Source of the DNA: Lingula anatina
Taxonomy: Eukaryota > Animalia > Brachiopoda
Direction: 5' to 3'
DNA: 64,000 bases
Assembly (NCBI GenBank): GCA_051362555.1
Contig: CM120642.1
Span: forward strand, 27,900,001 to 27,964,000
Shown here: piece after piece, positions 27,601-39,553 of the stretch
Layout of the letters: the number at the start of each line of letters is the position of its first letter
How positions within the stretch are numbered: the first letter of the stretch is position 1
The notes under the pieces: model-generated
Told to the model about the DNA's origin: nothing
Databases searched by the model: none
Seen by the model: only the letters and a program-made list of their open reading frames with translations
Program-made: the position numbers and the translations under genes

Positions 27601-29365
27601 TATTTCTACCCTATTTTTATCCATGGAAGAATCCAAACTGACAGCGTGACTAGAATTCTGGGAGGATAATGAACCCTGTAAAAACTCTTCTAGGTCACTG
27701 TCATCAGTGTCGTCTGCCTTTTCATTCTGCAAATTGCCTGACATCTTCCTCTGTCTCTGTGTTGCCATAATGGTGTATAATTCCTCCATCTCTTCCTCTT
27801 CCCTCTCCTTATCCACTTCCTCTTCATTATCTTCTTCAGCATCAGTACCACTTCTATCTTCATTTGATCTGAGGTCATCTTGGTCAACAGCGCCATCTTT
27901 TGAATTAGAATCTTCTTCATGCCAGACTTCCTTCAGTAACTTTTTAATGTTGTCCTCAGATGTGCTTGAACCACTCTTCTTATCAGTTGCCATTATTTGA
28001 TCACATGCCTCCATTAACTCCTGTAGATGAAACCTACAAAGGAAAATGCTCAATGATAAAGAGGTGTATCTTATCACGTGTAAAAAGTAAATTGTGTACT
28101 GGTATTTATTACAGAACCAAGACAGATATAAAAAAGCTTGGCAGGACAGCACACAAAGAAATGATACTTTGAACTAACACCATCCCATTACTAAAAGTAG
28201 CCTATTAAGGAAACATAGTAAAAATGGTTCATAAAATCAAAGCCACAAAATACTCAAAAAACCGAGTACTATAACATTACTTTCTTATTGCATCAAATTT
28301 TCTTTTTTTTTTGAGGGAGGGGCTTCCTTCACATTCAACTAAATTATGTGATACTATTTCTACTCAAGCTTTACCAGCACTGATGACATACTAACCTTTT
28401 AGCAATATCACAGACTTGAGGTACAACCTGCAGGGCAATGTCCACCACACCTGTGTACAGATACCTGACCACACTGGACACCGCTGACGTAGTAAAAGTG
28501 GACATATCTAACACTGGCCCTGCCTCAGTGTGGGAGACATGCTAAAAATATACAATATACTGACATCAAATAGTGGCAATGTAATATAATTGACATAACA
28601 GCATACTGCAGTTCTAAAAAAATGCATCTCTTGGAAGCTTTATCTGTAGAGGCAGCCAAAATGATCACTCTTCTGAATCAGTTATTTTGTAATATGTTAA
28701 ATGGGCAAAGTGAAGAATTCTTCAACTTCCATAACTAAATGGTCTACCTTTTTCACAGTGAGTGTTAAAAAACATAGCCTTTCACACATTGTGATCAATC
28801 ATTGATAAACCTATTACAATCCACACTGACAAGAAATGACAGAGCCCAAGCAATACCTTGTACATGACAGGAGCTCTCACAGCCAGCATCATGCAGTGCC
28901 CAGGCAAACTCCCATCAGAGCACCTTATGGTCACGTCACTCAGCTCAACCATACCCATCAGCCTCTCTAGATCTTCCTGGAGCTTTACAAGGTGCCTGGG
29001 AAGATGAGGACCATGATCCTCTTCCTCCTCCTCCTCCTGATCCTCCCTGGGGTCCTCACAGAATCCCTGGCTGCTAGTTGGGAGGTTTACAGGTGAGGAG
29101 GACTGGGCTGCTAGTTTGGCCAGTACTACTGCAGTCTGGGTGAGGGGAGGTGTGTCTTCTTGCTTATCCTCTTCTTCCTGAAATATTAAACAATTGAAAA
29201 AAATTTAATATAGTCACTTCTTTAACTACATGCATGAGCAAAGTGAGAACTATAATCTATAACTGAATGTATGACCAAAGGCTGGAAATCCAAGGCTCAG
29301 GATAGGAAACAATGGAAAAAGCATGCTGAGGCCTTTGTCCAACAGTGGAACACTATAGGCTCTAA

Positions 29366-29402
<37 letters not shown>

Positions 29403-32400
29403 CCAAAGGCCATACCGTTCGATACAACATGACACTCAATAACCATTACGAATGTGTAATAAAATGCTGACACACTTCAGCTGCTTCTCCTTTCTAAGAA
29501 ACGATTCTTAAACTACCCTTATATGATAGGCAAATGATAAGTTCTCTGTCATCACTGAACAGAGTCAGCAGGAATGTTTACTCTTCATATTACCAATTAG
29601 AAGTTTTTAAAAACTATCGTTAGTATTTTAAAGTCAACTTTCTTCTCAAAGGTTAAACTGAATAATCAAAGCTGGTGAGATATGTAAACACAGACCCACT
29701 CAAAAGGAGTAGCAGACAGAGGACATTTTCACAAATGAGAATTCTGTGTTGGATTTGCAAATTGCAATTAAAAGCCACATTTTATTCAGTGCCCTTTTAT
29801 CAAGATTTTGTCCTTTGTATGCATGTGAGGATCCAATTTACAAGCTCACAATCAGTATATAGACAACCAAACAGTCTTCATTACCTCTTTTATCATTTGC
29901 CCAGACAATGACACCCTGCCTCTCCCAGGGATCTCCGACATCCTCCTTAGCTTGCTCCCAGCTACAACTTTGCAAGGGGAGATAGGAGGCATCAGGGTGC
30001 TCACATAGTAGGTCTCTCTGGGCTTCTCACTGCCATCCAACTCCAAGGCAGTCATCGTCCACAGCGACTGAACCTTATGGGTAAAATTCACAAATTACCA
30101 ATTTTTCAAGTCATTTCAGCCTGGTCTCTTTTGCCAGTTATATTTCAATCCACGCAACTCCATAGCATGACCAGTCTGTGATGTAAGCACTGGTGATACA
30201 CTAAATGCCAGTAAAACTGAAGATGGGTGAAGTAACTTTTGAAAATCCGTTAAGCCCAGGTGCACCTTGGTGGTAATGTGGACATTGCTGAAAAATTCAG
30301 GATTTTTTATCCATTTAATATAATGGGCATGCAAACACACACTGCATGGCTTTAAACAGCTCCTATCACTCACCTGTTGGCTAAAACTATGTTGTATTGA
30401 TCTCAGCACTTTGGTGTTGTTAGCTTTTACTTTGCTCTCTGGAAGTTCTGGAGTGGGATGCACATCATCACTGACAGCATCCTAGAGGACAAATAAGTAT
30501 GGGAAAAACAAAAATAAGTAATAACACTCAATGTTAAATAAATGGCAGAAATATAGTTTAGATTCCAGTAGCTAACTTTGAGAATTATTATCTAGCAACA
30601 TTGTAAAATATCTTTGTCAAAAATGAACGATGGATTAATCAAAAAGTCAGATTTTGATTCTGTGTTTACCTGTTCTTTTTGCAGCACCATATTAGCAGCT
30701 CTGTTGGCCAACCTTTCCTGGATTTTTTCATGGCTCTCCAGCAGCAGTGTGTTAATAGGTTCATCTCTAAAAGGATACATTCAAAAATGTAATAAGCATT
30801 TGCTGCCAATAACATTTTTTTTCTTAGTTTCTAATACCATTCTTCTTACGATGACATTATTGTAGATTATTTTAAGAGTTCAAAATTTACTTAATCTGTA
30901 CAATTCTCAAGACTGGTGGGTTTGGGTAACTTTCAAATTCAATAAAAACACATTTGAATAGCTTAATATATGTCTCTCTTTAAGTCCTATCTCCTATGGT
31001 ATTTTTTCTCAAGGTTGCCCAAAGATGAAATAAAGAAGAATTACAATGTGGTGCTTGCATAGCAAATGAAAAGGAAATTACTTTTTTCCTTATTTTAATA
31101 TGTTGCATACCTCTTTTTCTTCCCTCTTTTTTTCTTTTCCATTCCATCCTTGTAAGGCTTCAAGGGCCAATCAATCATAGCACTACTGCTAGCCCCTGTT
31201 GTATTTTCTGACTGCTGCTGCTGTTTTTGGTCAAGAAGAGAGCGAGACAAAGCAATGGCAACCTGGGTGTCTTCATCTACCTGCCTGGAAGTATTGTAAT
31301 TGGAAAGGGTTACTGTAAAAACTGTGGTCAAATAAGCTAAATTCTGCAGTTGTGATAAAGAAAAGTAAAACGAGGAATGTCTTTCTTGAAAAAGAGACTT
31401 TTTCTTGAAGAGTGTGTGCGAGTATAAGAGAGTTTAGCTATCAAGGTATTACTCACCTCGTTGGTTCTGTGATGATGTTTGTATTGGTTTCTGTGCTTGT
31501 GTTCTTTTTCCTTCCTCTTCCCTTCTTTGGTGGCCTAGAATCCAGTATGAGATTTAGAAATCCAAAACTGTTTAACGCACAGAGTATTTTGGTTCCTTAT
31601 ACATATCTAATCTATAATAATAATAAACTTTATTTAAAGAGGGTAAAACATGTTAAGAGCACACACTTATCTTACACATGGTCCTCTAGAATATCTATAT
31701 TGATAATAGCTAAAATAATAAGAAAAATTATTCTGCAATTAACAAGTGAGGTCATATTCTTATTATTTTAAAATCCGAAAGATTAAACTACTTACAAAGC
31801 ATCAGGTGGAACTATCCCAGCATTCAACAGTTGCATGGCTTCCTCCTGTTGTTTCTGCACTATTGTTACCAGCTGCGTTGGTGCTATGCCAAATTTGGTG
31901 GAACACTTCTTCAGGTGGGTTCTTCTAGCCTGCAATCAAATCATTCACAGCACACGTTCTTTTCGTTTAGTTTTCATACAAATACATAAATAAGCTTCCT
32001 TGAATTGATGACACAATCATAATGGTTTCTCTTTTAAATTTGAAAATACATGTTGTATATTAGGTAAACTGGAGTTGTGACATTGTTTACAGGCCTTATA
32101 AACGGATACGGCATTTACCAACACTAACTGCTGATCTTTTACTTTCACCAACACCCATATTAACCACAAATTAACCAACACATCCTAAAATATTTACCAC
32201 TAACACAGCAATTCTTAGCATTAACTGTATTCATTCGCTACATTAGTGTTGGTTAATTTGTTGGCTAATATGGGTGTTAGTGCTAAAAGGTCTGCTGTTA
32301 GTGTTAGTAAACACCAAATCCAGTTATAAGACCTGGTTTATATCAGCAATGACAATAAAATCAATCACAATCTATTTTTTGTTTATTCTTTCATTTATTT

Positions 32401-34815
32401 ATCCTTTCATCATTACACTTACATTTTGTGTTTTCAAGTGCTGACCACAGATTGGACAATTTAGTACTGCATCCTTTGCCTTGGAGAGTTGCTCTGCTTG
32501 TAGCTTCTCTTCTTTGGCAGCAATTTCAGCCTTAAAAACAAACAACTTATATCAGATCACAGATTGTTTTCGTCATTCATCAAATTATTTCTAAGGTACG
32601 CAGAGACAGCCAAAACATTGATGACTGAAAGAACAGTAATTTTCTAAAGATTATTATCAATGTTATGATACCAGTGTACTAGGTAAAATGAAGCTTGAGG
32701 TCTAGGTTCATACTGGGGTGCAAATTCTGATAAATGCTTTAAGTTCTTTACTTTTGTTAAAGAAAATATTTGAAAAAAAATTTTAAGTGTTAATTCGGTG
32801 AAAAAATGGCTTCTCAATGGCTTGATGTGCAAAATATGAAAAGACTCCCAAGCTGTTTTAAACTGTCAATAATATGAAATACACAAATACCTTACACTAT
32901 TATAAAAGCAAAATTAAGGGAATGTATATTTTTTAACAACTTTTTATGAATTGAATGTAAAACATTATTTGTCTGAAATGCATTATATGCCAGCTTAACC
33001 CTAAGTATACTCCTTTTTTTTTTTTTAGTAATTTGACTAATAAGAATTCCCTTTAGTTACCTTATCAGCACATCTATTGACATGTTGGAGACGTCTATGT
33101 GAATTGAGTTTTGAGAGGTCCTTTTGACAGAATTGACAGAACAAAAATTTTTCGTCTGTTGCTTTTTCCTCTTTCAATTTTTCCTCTTCCCTTTTCTGGA
33201 GTTGTCTGGCAAGGGTTTCATCAGATTCTTCATAAAATTTGAAATCAAGATTTTAAATCAAAATCGGTGCTCTTGAAAAATTTCACAAATCTCAGTTTTT
33301 CCAACATTTTATTTCTCAAGCTTAATCTTTTTTGTCAATAAATAATAAAAATGACTAAATTAAAAATGATATCTTGGGTAAAAGCAAGAAAATCGCTAGG
33401 TAGATATTGAACAATTCGATTCATATTCAGTTGGTGTGTGCTGTATATGAGATAACAGACACTTCTGGGTTGTAACCGAGTATATTAAAGTTTAAAATCA
33501 AGAGTCATCAAAATGTATCAAACAGTTTTTAGGTACATCCTTCTACCCCCATTTTTCATTGACAACCAATCAAATAAGTGCTTTCTTTAGACTAATCATC
33601 TTCTAGCTTTTTATCATAATAATAAAGACGTCACGAACCTTCTTGGTCATGTAGAAGTGATGCAGTTTTATGGTTTCCGTAGGAAGTTCTCATGCACTGT
33701 AAAATATGTTCACGGAACTTGTCGAGCTCTACTACAGCTTTACAAGTGGGGCATCCTTTTCCCTGATTTTCTTCTTCGCCATCAGATTCCTTTTTATCAG
33801 GATCAGATTCCGGCTGCGTTTTCTCTTGCTCACTGCTACGTGACGGTTGCTGCTCATTTTGATCAGCTGATGGGCATTTTTGTATCTCCTCAATTTGTTG
33901 CTTAACAACAGTTTTTGAATTTTTGTTTCTCGTGTCAACACCATTTGACTCAATATGTTCAATTTCAGTCTGTCCATTGACTGAAGTCTCTGGAATAAGC
34001 ACGTCTTCATTTTCATTATTTGAAATAGCCTTGGTGGCATTTGAGCTTTTGTTTGCAGTAGTTTGAAGGATTGCATTTATGTCACCTAAATCCTCATTTT
34101 CTTTTCCAGCAAGTCCATCCCTTTTACTTGCAGTAATAGTGCTTCTAGACCCCCTCTTTAAGGGTTTTGCATTTTTGTTTTTTGGCACAAATTTAACATT
34201 CAATGTATCATCTTTGAAATCATCCGTTTGATTTAGAACTGTGTCATTTTCAAAGATGTCAGTGAACAGTTTTAATTTGCTAGTACCTCTGGAGCCTTTG
34301 GCCGAAGATTTTTTGGCCAAACTCAACTTTGCTTTCTTAACTGCTTTCTTGGCATGTTTTTCTTGAGGTGTGGTGCCAGATTTGCACAGTGATGGGCTCT
34401 TGGTATATTTTGTATCTGCAGAAATCTCGCCATTCGGCATAGTTTGTATCACATCTTTGTTATCTCCTAAACCCAAAGAACTACTTAGTATTTCCTGACG
34501 TCCAACATCTTTATACTTTTCAATTTTGCCTATGTCTTTGCATTGATGGGCAACACAATTTGTTTCCCTTAGCACCAGCAGTCCATCACTTTCTTTTTTA
34601 TTACCAGATGCCAAAGAACGAAGACTTCTTCCACTTCCTCTCCTTGATTGAGCAACTTCACAGTTCTCGACCTCAGCTCGGTCAATACCTATCACAACTG
34701 TTTTAGTAACCCTAGCCTTTACTTGATCATTGTTAAGTTTGGCATACCCAGAATCTGCAAACACTTTTGATTTGTTTTTAGCACTCCTGGTATGCTTGTA
34801 TGGTGAATCATCCAT
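21647..34815 (-). CDS. SLX4: Structure-specific endonuclease scaffold subunit SLX4 (FANCP/BTBD12), about 21 coding exons
   Basis: Domain order matches SLX4. UBZ fingers: CQFCQKDLSKLNSHRRLQHVNRC at ~33061-33150 and CPICGQHLKTQN/ARRSHLKKC at ~32422-32460 and ~31900-31929. MLR-like region: DEDTQVAIALSRSLL; LWTMTALE...YYVSTLMPP. BTB: SDVTIRCSDGSLPGHCMMLAVRAP...VVRYLYTG...RFHLQELMEAC. Long disordered exon ~25383-28033. SAP: TPMPNYDDMVTPELK/RAVQKYGVRP...HIYKETHQ. SLX1-binding C-terminus: LHSKILHYE/PLELGDL...LMEFLDEK/CITF. Stop TAA at 21647-21649. Confidence 0.92.
29283..29398 (+). mobile_element. 5'-truncated RTE-clade LINE insertion with (GAT)n tail and 12-bp target-site duplication, in an SLX4 intron
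   Basis: Translates to WKSKAQDRKQWKKHAEAFVQQWNTIGSK*, the typical RTE ORF C-terminus (AQDR..W...EA.VQQW), followed by about 11 GAT units; atgaccaaaggc at 29271-29282 and 29399-29410. Confidence 0.85.
32090..32335. mobile_element. Fold-back MITE with CAGG...CCTG ends and an apparent 5-bp TSD (GTTTA)
   Basis: Roughly 90-bp imperfect inverted arms (caggccttataaacgg...aacacccatatta / taatatgggtgtt...ccagttataagacctg); gttta at 32085-32089 and 32336-32340. Confidence 0.8.
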
Positions 34816-35072
34816 CAAATCAGATTGTTTCTTCAACAGTGGATTTCATTCAAATTGAAAAATATGTTTCTGTCACAAATGACTTCCTTATTCAATAAGC
34901 CTTCCCATTGTAAATTTTGTCATGTGACGTCAAGAATGAATTTTGAATTTAAGCAGATTTCATGTCTGGTCACAAAATTGAGGTAAAAAAATAAATTCAG
35001 TGTTTACCAACTTGAAAGTTGTAATAGTAACAATAACATCTTTGTATCATCAGTCATGTCTTTGAGGTATAT

Positions 35073-36531
35073 TTACTCCTTTTTATCAACTGCTGGTGTC
35101 TCTGAAGGACCATCCTGAGATTCAGGTAAGTTTTCACTTGTCTTAGATGTAACACGCTTACTAAGGCGCTCCCTTCTTAGTCCTTCTAAATACTGAAGAC
35201 GCTTTTCATATGCAGCCTCCTTCAAATCTGCCTCTGTCATCTCTGTTGGGCTATTTTCCGCTTTTTTCTTCGCATGCCTCCTATCAGAAAATGAGAAAAA
35301 AATTACAGTTTAATTGTCATAATAATACATTTTCCACACATGTGAACTTTTGCTATGGCTGCAAACCAGCCTTATCACTCAGAGGCCCTTTTTCTTCTCT
35401 GGACAAGCAAAGTATGACTTGAAGTAAGACGTAAGCAAATGTTTTGTAGCCCATGACTCTCAGCTACCAGTATGTTGCTTGTTGAATGTCCTTTTACAAT
35501 CACTTACAACTGAATCTTTCCTGTGTCAATACATATAATTCTACATATCAGAAAACATAATGAGTGCTAACACATAAATGAATTTTCATAGAGTATCACT
35601 ACCACGTCACTTGCCACTGAACTGAAACATGAAATCTGACATGTATATGCTTGGGATAAATCTCAAACATGCTTCTGACATATGGAGGTTTAAAATTGAA
35701 AAAAAAAAGTATGCATGGAAACTGGACCTAAGTCTAAGTGCAGGGTATCTACACTGGTCCCAAGATCGACTTAAATTAAAAGTAAAATCAAGGGCATATT
35801 CAGACTGCAAACCTTTAAATTATTATATCTAAAACATTTTTATGCTGTTTGCATATATTTGACCTTGACAGATGCCCATAACCAACAGGTGCTCACTGAT
35901 GTAAAGTGTTGTTTCAAAAATGAACAGATCTACATTATGAAACCAACAAGTCACATTGTAGTACAAGTGCTGCAAGGGCACCCTTTTCAGATGTCTTTAG
36001 ATAAATTGACATGCAGTCATATGATTCAGTGCCACCCTGTGATGAAATCTCAAGGATGATTACATGGCTGGTAATTGCTTGCTTAACTGCTTAGGCCCAA
36101 GCCACTTAACAGACCCAAGTCAAGTCCCCAAGAAGGTTGATTGCTGTGATTTTAATTACTCGCTCTTTTGTGACTGATAAAAATAGCTAGCCCCTTATGT
36201 CATAAGTTATGAATATAGCTTGTTACTCCAGACTGAAGTTAACTGAGGAATCTACTGTACTAGCTCCCTACAGAGTGGGTACAATGCCATCTGCGAGCGT
36301 GCAGATTTAACTACTTTCAACTGGCCAAAAGTCACAGGGTGGCCTTTTGAAATTTTCCTATGATATCTGCCACCCTAGGGGATAGAGGGTACTCCAAGGG
36401 GGTACTTACATAGCAATCAAGCCGCTGCCAATAACGAGAAGAGCTGTAGAGCCGTTTACCAACCATCTCAGAATATTCAATGACCTACTTAAGTTTTTTA
36501 CTCCCTTGTTATATTCGTCCCTTATAGTCAT
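35073..36531 (-). CDS. Two-exon 109-aa putative single-pass membrane microprotein immediately upstream of SLX4
   Basis: Exon 36531-36410 (ATG, 40 codons + AT, donor GTAAGT) joins in phase 2 to exon 35280-35073 (acceptor ...ttttctgatag, stop TAA): MTIRDEYNKGVKNLSRSLNILRWLVNGSTALLVIGSGLIAMRHAKKKAENSPTEMTEADLKEAAYEKRLQYLEGLRRERLSKRVTSKTSENLPESQDGPSETPAVDKKE. Hydrophobic span followed by a basic cluster and a charged helix. Confidence 0.7.
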
Positions 36532-36604
36532 ATTTATTAACTGCTCTCGATCATCTACAGGCAGTTTTGTCCATGTGCGGCAATCTTGCTCTAAATTCGG
36601 TCCT

Positions 36605-36641
36605 GGGCATGCGCAGTAAATTCAAAATTCACCGACTTCCG
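36605..36641 (-). promoter_or_regulatory. Housekeeping-type promoter motifs (NRF1-like, ETS/GABP-like) upstream of the microprotein/SLX4 unit
   Basis: TGCGCATGCCC (36615-36605) and CGGAAGT (36641-36635) on the minus strand, 75-110 nt upstream of ATG 36531. Confidence 0.5.
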
Positions 36642-36874
36642 ACACACTCAGTATAGCACTTATCACAACTAACACAGCAAGAAGGACCTACTCTGATTAG
36701 ACCGAGTTAACTTCTCTAAATATTCGGAAATTTGAAATGACATAAGAGTTTCTCTTTTTTTCCTTTTTCTCTTTCTTTACTTCTTGCTATTTTCCCTTTT
36801 CTCTTTCTTTACTTCTTGTTATTTAACAAAGGATATGACACTGCTTCAAATGTGATAGAGTAAAATAAGATATC

Positions 36875-36934
36875 AATAATAATAATAATAATAATAACAA
36901 TAATAACAATAATAGTACGTTGTTGTTGTTGTTG

Positions 36935-36999
<65 letters not shown>
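36875..36999. repeat. Compound microsatellite (AAT)n-(GTT)n-(ATT)n
   Basis: Seen directly; the AAT and ATT tracts are mutually complementary. Confidence 0.9.
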
Positions 37000-37001
<2 letters not shown>

Positions 37002-38371
37002 GAAAGAATTGGTTGAATATGAAATAATAAGTTTAAAGGTGAATAAATAAATGAATGGATACATTAACAGATGCATATAGGCCTGCATAAAGAATGGAAT
37101 GAAATTACGTACAAATCAAACGAAAATAACAAATCGATTTTAACTGTTTTAACGATGAGATAGGGAACAGAAAAACAGAAAGCTATACATGTATATGTAG
37201 GTTATTAAATGAGATGTATCAACTAGGAAGCCCTCTATGTTTACCCCCCCCCCCCCCCCCCCCCCCCCCGATACATTGTTTGCTAAGGCGTGTACCCCAG
37301 TGGGCCTACTACCATCACCATAGGTTTGTATCTTACCTGTATTATATAGCTCTATACGCTTATAAATGCTTTTCTGTTGCGACGAAAAGACTAAACCTTT
37401 TTACTAGCCCTCGCAACGCTGTACACAATTAATTATTTAATTAAATTTTATCGAGGAAAACGAGACAAAAATAAGTAATATCCATTACTGTGCCCCACGC
37501 ATTACAGTAAAAGCATCCTCGTCGACTATTTTACTCTTAAATATGTCCACTGACCCCCCCTTAATTTCTAGCAAAATCTTGGATCCGCCGTTGAGTCGTG
37601 CAGCATTCCCTAAAATCTGAAAATCATGAATACGGCGCGCGAGTCACCTCTCTTGTATATAGAGTCCTATGCATATAGACTTATAAAATGTTTAAGTCAC
37701 GTTTGGAAAGTTGGTGCAGTAAGCCGAAATATCCAACAGGGTCAGCTTACTTTTTGTGTACATATGCATAAATCTAAGTTTGTTTTTTTGTGTACAAATG
37801 TACATAAATCTAAGCTCTTCGATATTCGCATGAACAAGGGATTTGTGCGCGTGGAGTTATTGCCGAAATGGATCCATTGCTTTGATTTAAAACGGAAAAA
37901 AATATACTAAGGTTTATCATGGACCCAGTTTACTGGGTCCCAGGGTCTAATTCTGGTAACGTGATCATTCACTTGTGTGGTAGAGACGGTAGAGAGTCGC
38001 CGGTGTCAGTTTAGACCTAATGGAAATCAAACACTAGGCCTACATAATAAAGTAGGACCTATTGGTATGTTTTATATACGTGTAGTTTGTAGTCATTGAT
38101 TAATCCATTAAATAACCATATTGTCAATAAATGTAATTATTTATTAAATGACTCTATATGACTTATTTCTATCCAGTTCACTGCTGAAAATAAAGGTGAC
38201 AGTTCTTATATAGTCTCCCATTATCCAACGTAAGCTTTTGGATAGCACCTAATGCCGATAAGCCTGTGGGTTTTAAGAATACAACTATTTATAGGAAAAT
38301 CAGAGGCTGGGAAAGACACTTTATTTATTTGCAGAGATAAATATTTGAATGATTCTCGGGTATATATGTTG

Positions 38372-38372
<1 letters not shown>

Positions 38373-38448
<76 letters not shown>
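38373..38448. repeat. (TA)n microsatellite
   Basis: About 38 perfect TA units. Confidence 0.95.
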
Positions 38449-38454
<6 letters not shown>

Positions 38455-39296
38455 TTACAGGGCGATGTACAGTGCTCTGGCGGATGGACGACTAACGGCT
38501 TATTCAGAGAGACGAGGAAAACCCAGAGAAAATCAAGCCAGTGCGTTTTGACCCAAGAGTAGAGAGAGATGCTATCTGTAAACGGTAGATACAGGTAGTT
38601 TATAGGTCTATAGCAATCGAAACAAAACGTTTCCTTTCATTTAGTCACGGCAATGTACTTGGTGCCATAGCTTGAACCCTCCGGTCAATATTAGGATAGA
38701 GATGATACGATTCTTTCACTTATCTTTATCGGAAAATTGCGCGGTAAACAAATCAAATGGGTTGGTTTGAAAATCACTTTTTGGCATATTAAATGAAAGA
38801 CCTTTGCAACTCGGAGGGAATATAACGGGTTTATTATGAAAATATATTGGCGTTTGTTTAGTGATATAGTAACCGTTTCTTTCGATTATACCATTATTTA
38901 TACCATCACTATATCAACGATTAAGTTTATTACAAAATTAAGAGCCATCAACCTTCAGTTACCCTGCGGTGCGTCTAGCTTTATCTGTGAAATTTTGTAC
39001 CCACGGTAGGGTTGCGCGAAATTACCGCATCTTTAAGATGTTGATAGTTTGATAAACGTTACTTGGTAAATATCTTTATGCCATAACCTCTGCCCTGTAA
39101 ACGTCTTGAGTCAACTTATGGGTATCTTTTAGACGCCCTTTGTTGATTAAACGCCAGTAATTTTGCTTCGTTCCTAACCCTCCTTTTCCAAGGTTGGATT
39201 TCCGGACACCGATATACGAAAACAGGGGCTATAATCCTTCTTGTCCCTTCCCAAAAAATAGATAAACAAAATGAAATATAATAAAGTAAAGACTAA

Positions 39297-39553
39297 GGCT
39301 TCGTTCACATGCAATGTCTATTTTCTAATTTCTATTTTCTATTTGCGCTATCTTATGATCACGGTGTGTGGCCTGAATATCCCGCCGCGTAATTACTGGC
39401 AGCGCGAGCCAGTTACTTATAGTAACTTATAGTAACTGGCTCGCGCTGCCAATAATTACGCCGCGGGATATTCAGGCCACAGACCGTGATCATAAGACAT
39501 ACCGAAAATAGAAAATAGAATTTAGAAAATAGACATTGCATGTGAACGAAGCC
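39297..39553. mobile_element. Young, fully palindromic PIF/Harbinger-type MITE with TAA TSD
   Basis: ggcttcgttcacatgcaatgtctattttctaa ... ttagaaaatagacattgcatgtgaacgaagcc; about 120-bp near-perfect arms; TAA at 39294-39296 and 39554-39556. Confidence 0.92.

Noticed and set aside
33631-34836. The 401-aa and 952-aa ORFs as stand-alone genes
   Set aside because: Both are large exons of SLX4 bounded by in-frame splice sites.
35508-35520. 13-nt microexon (cag|GAAAGATTCAGTT|gtaagt) in the microprotein intron
   Set aside because: Not required, because the flanking exons already join in frame. Inclusion gives an early stop, so it could only be a poison exon, and nothing supports that.
37921-37940. 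Perfect short palindrome ggacccagtttactgggtcc and a nearby 33-bp tandem duplication (~37751-37815)
   Set aside because: Too short to assign a function; likely repeat debris.
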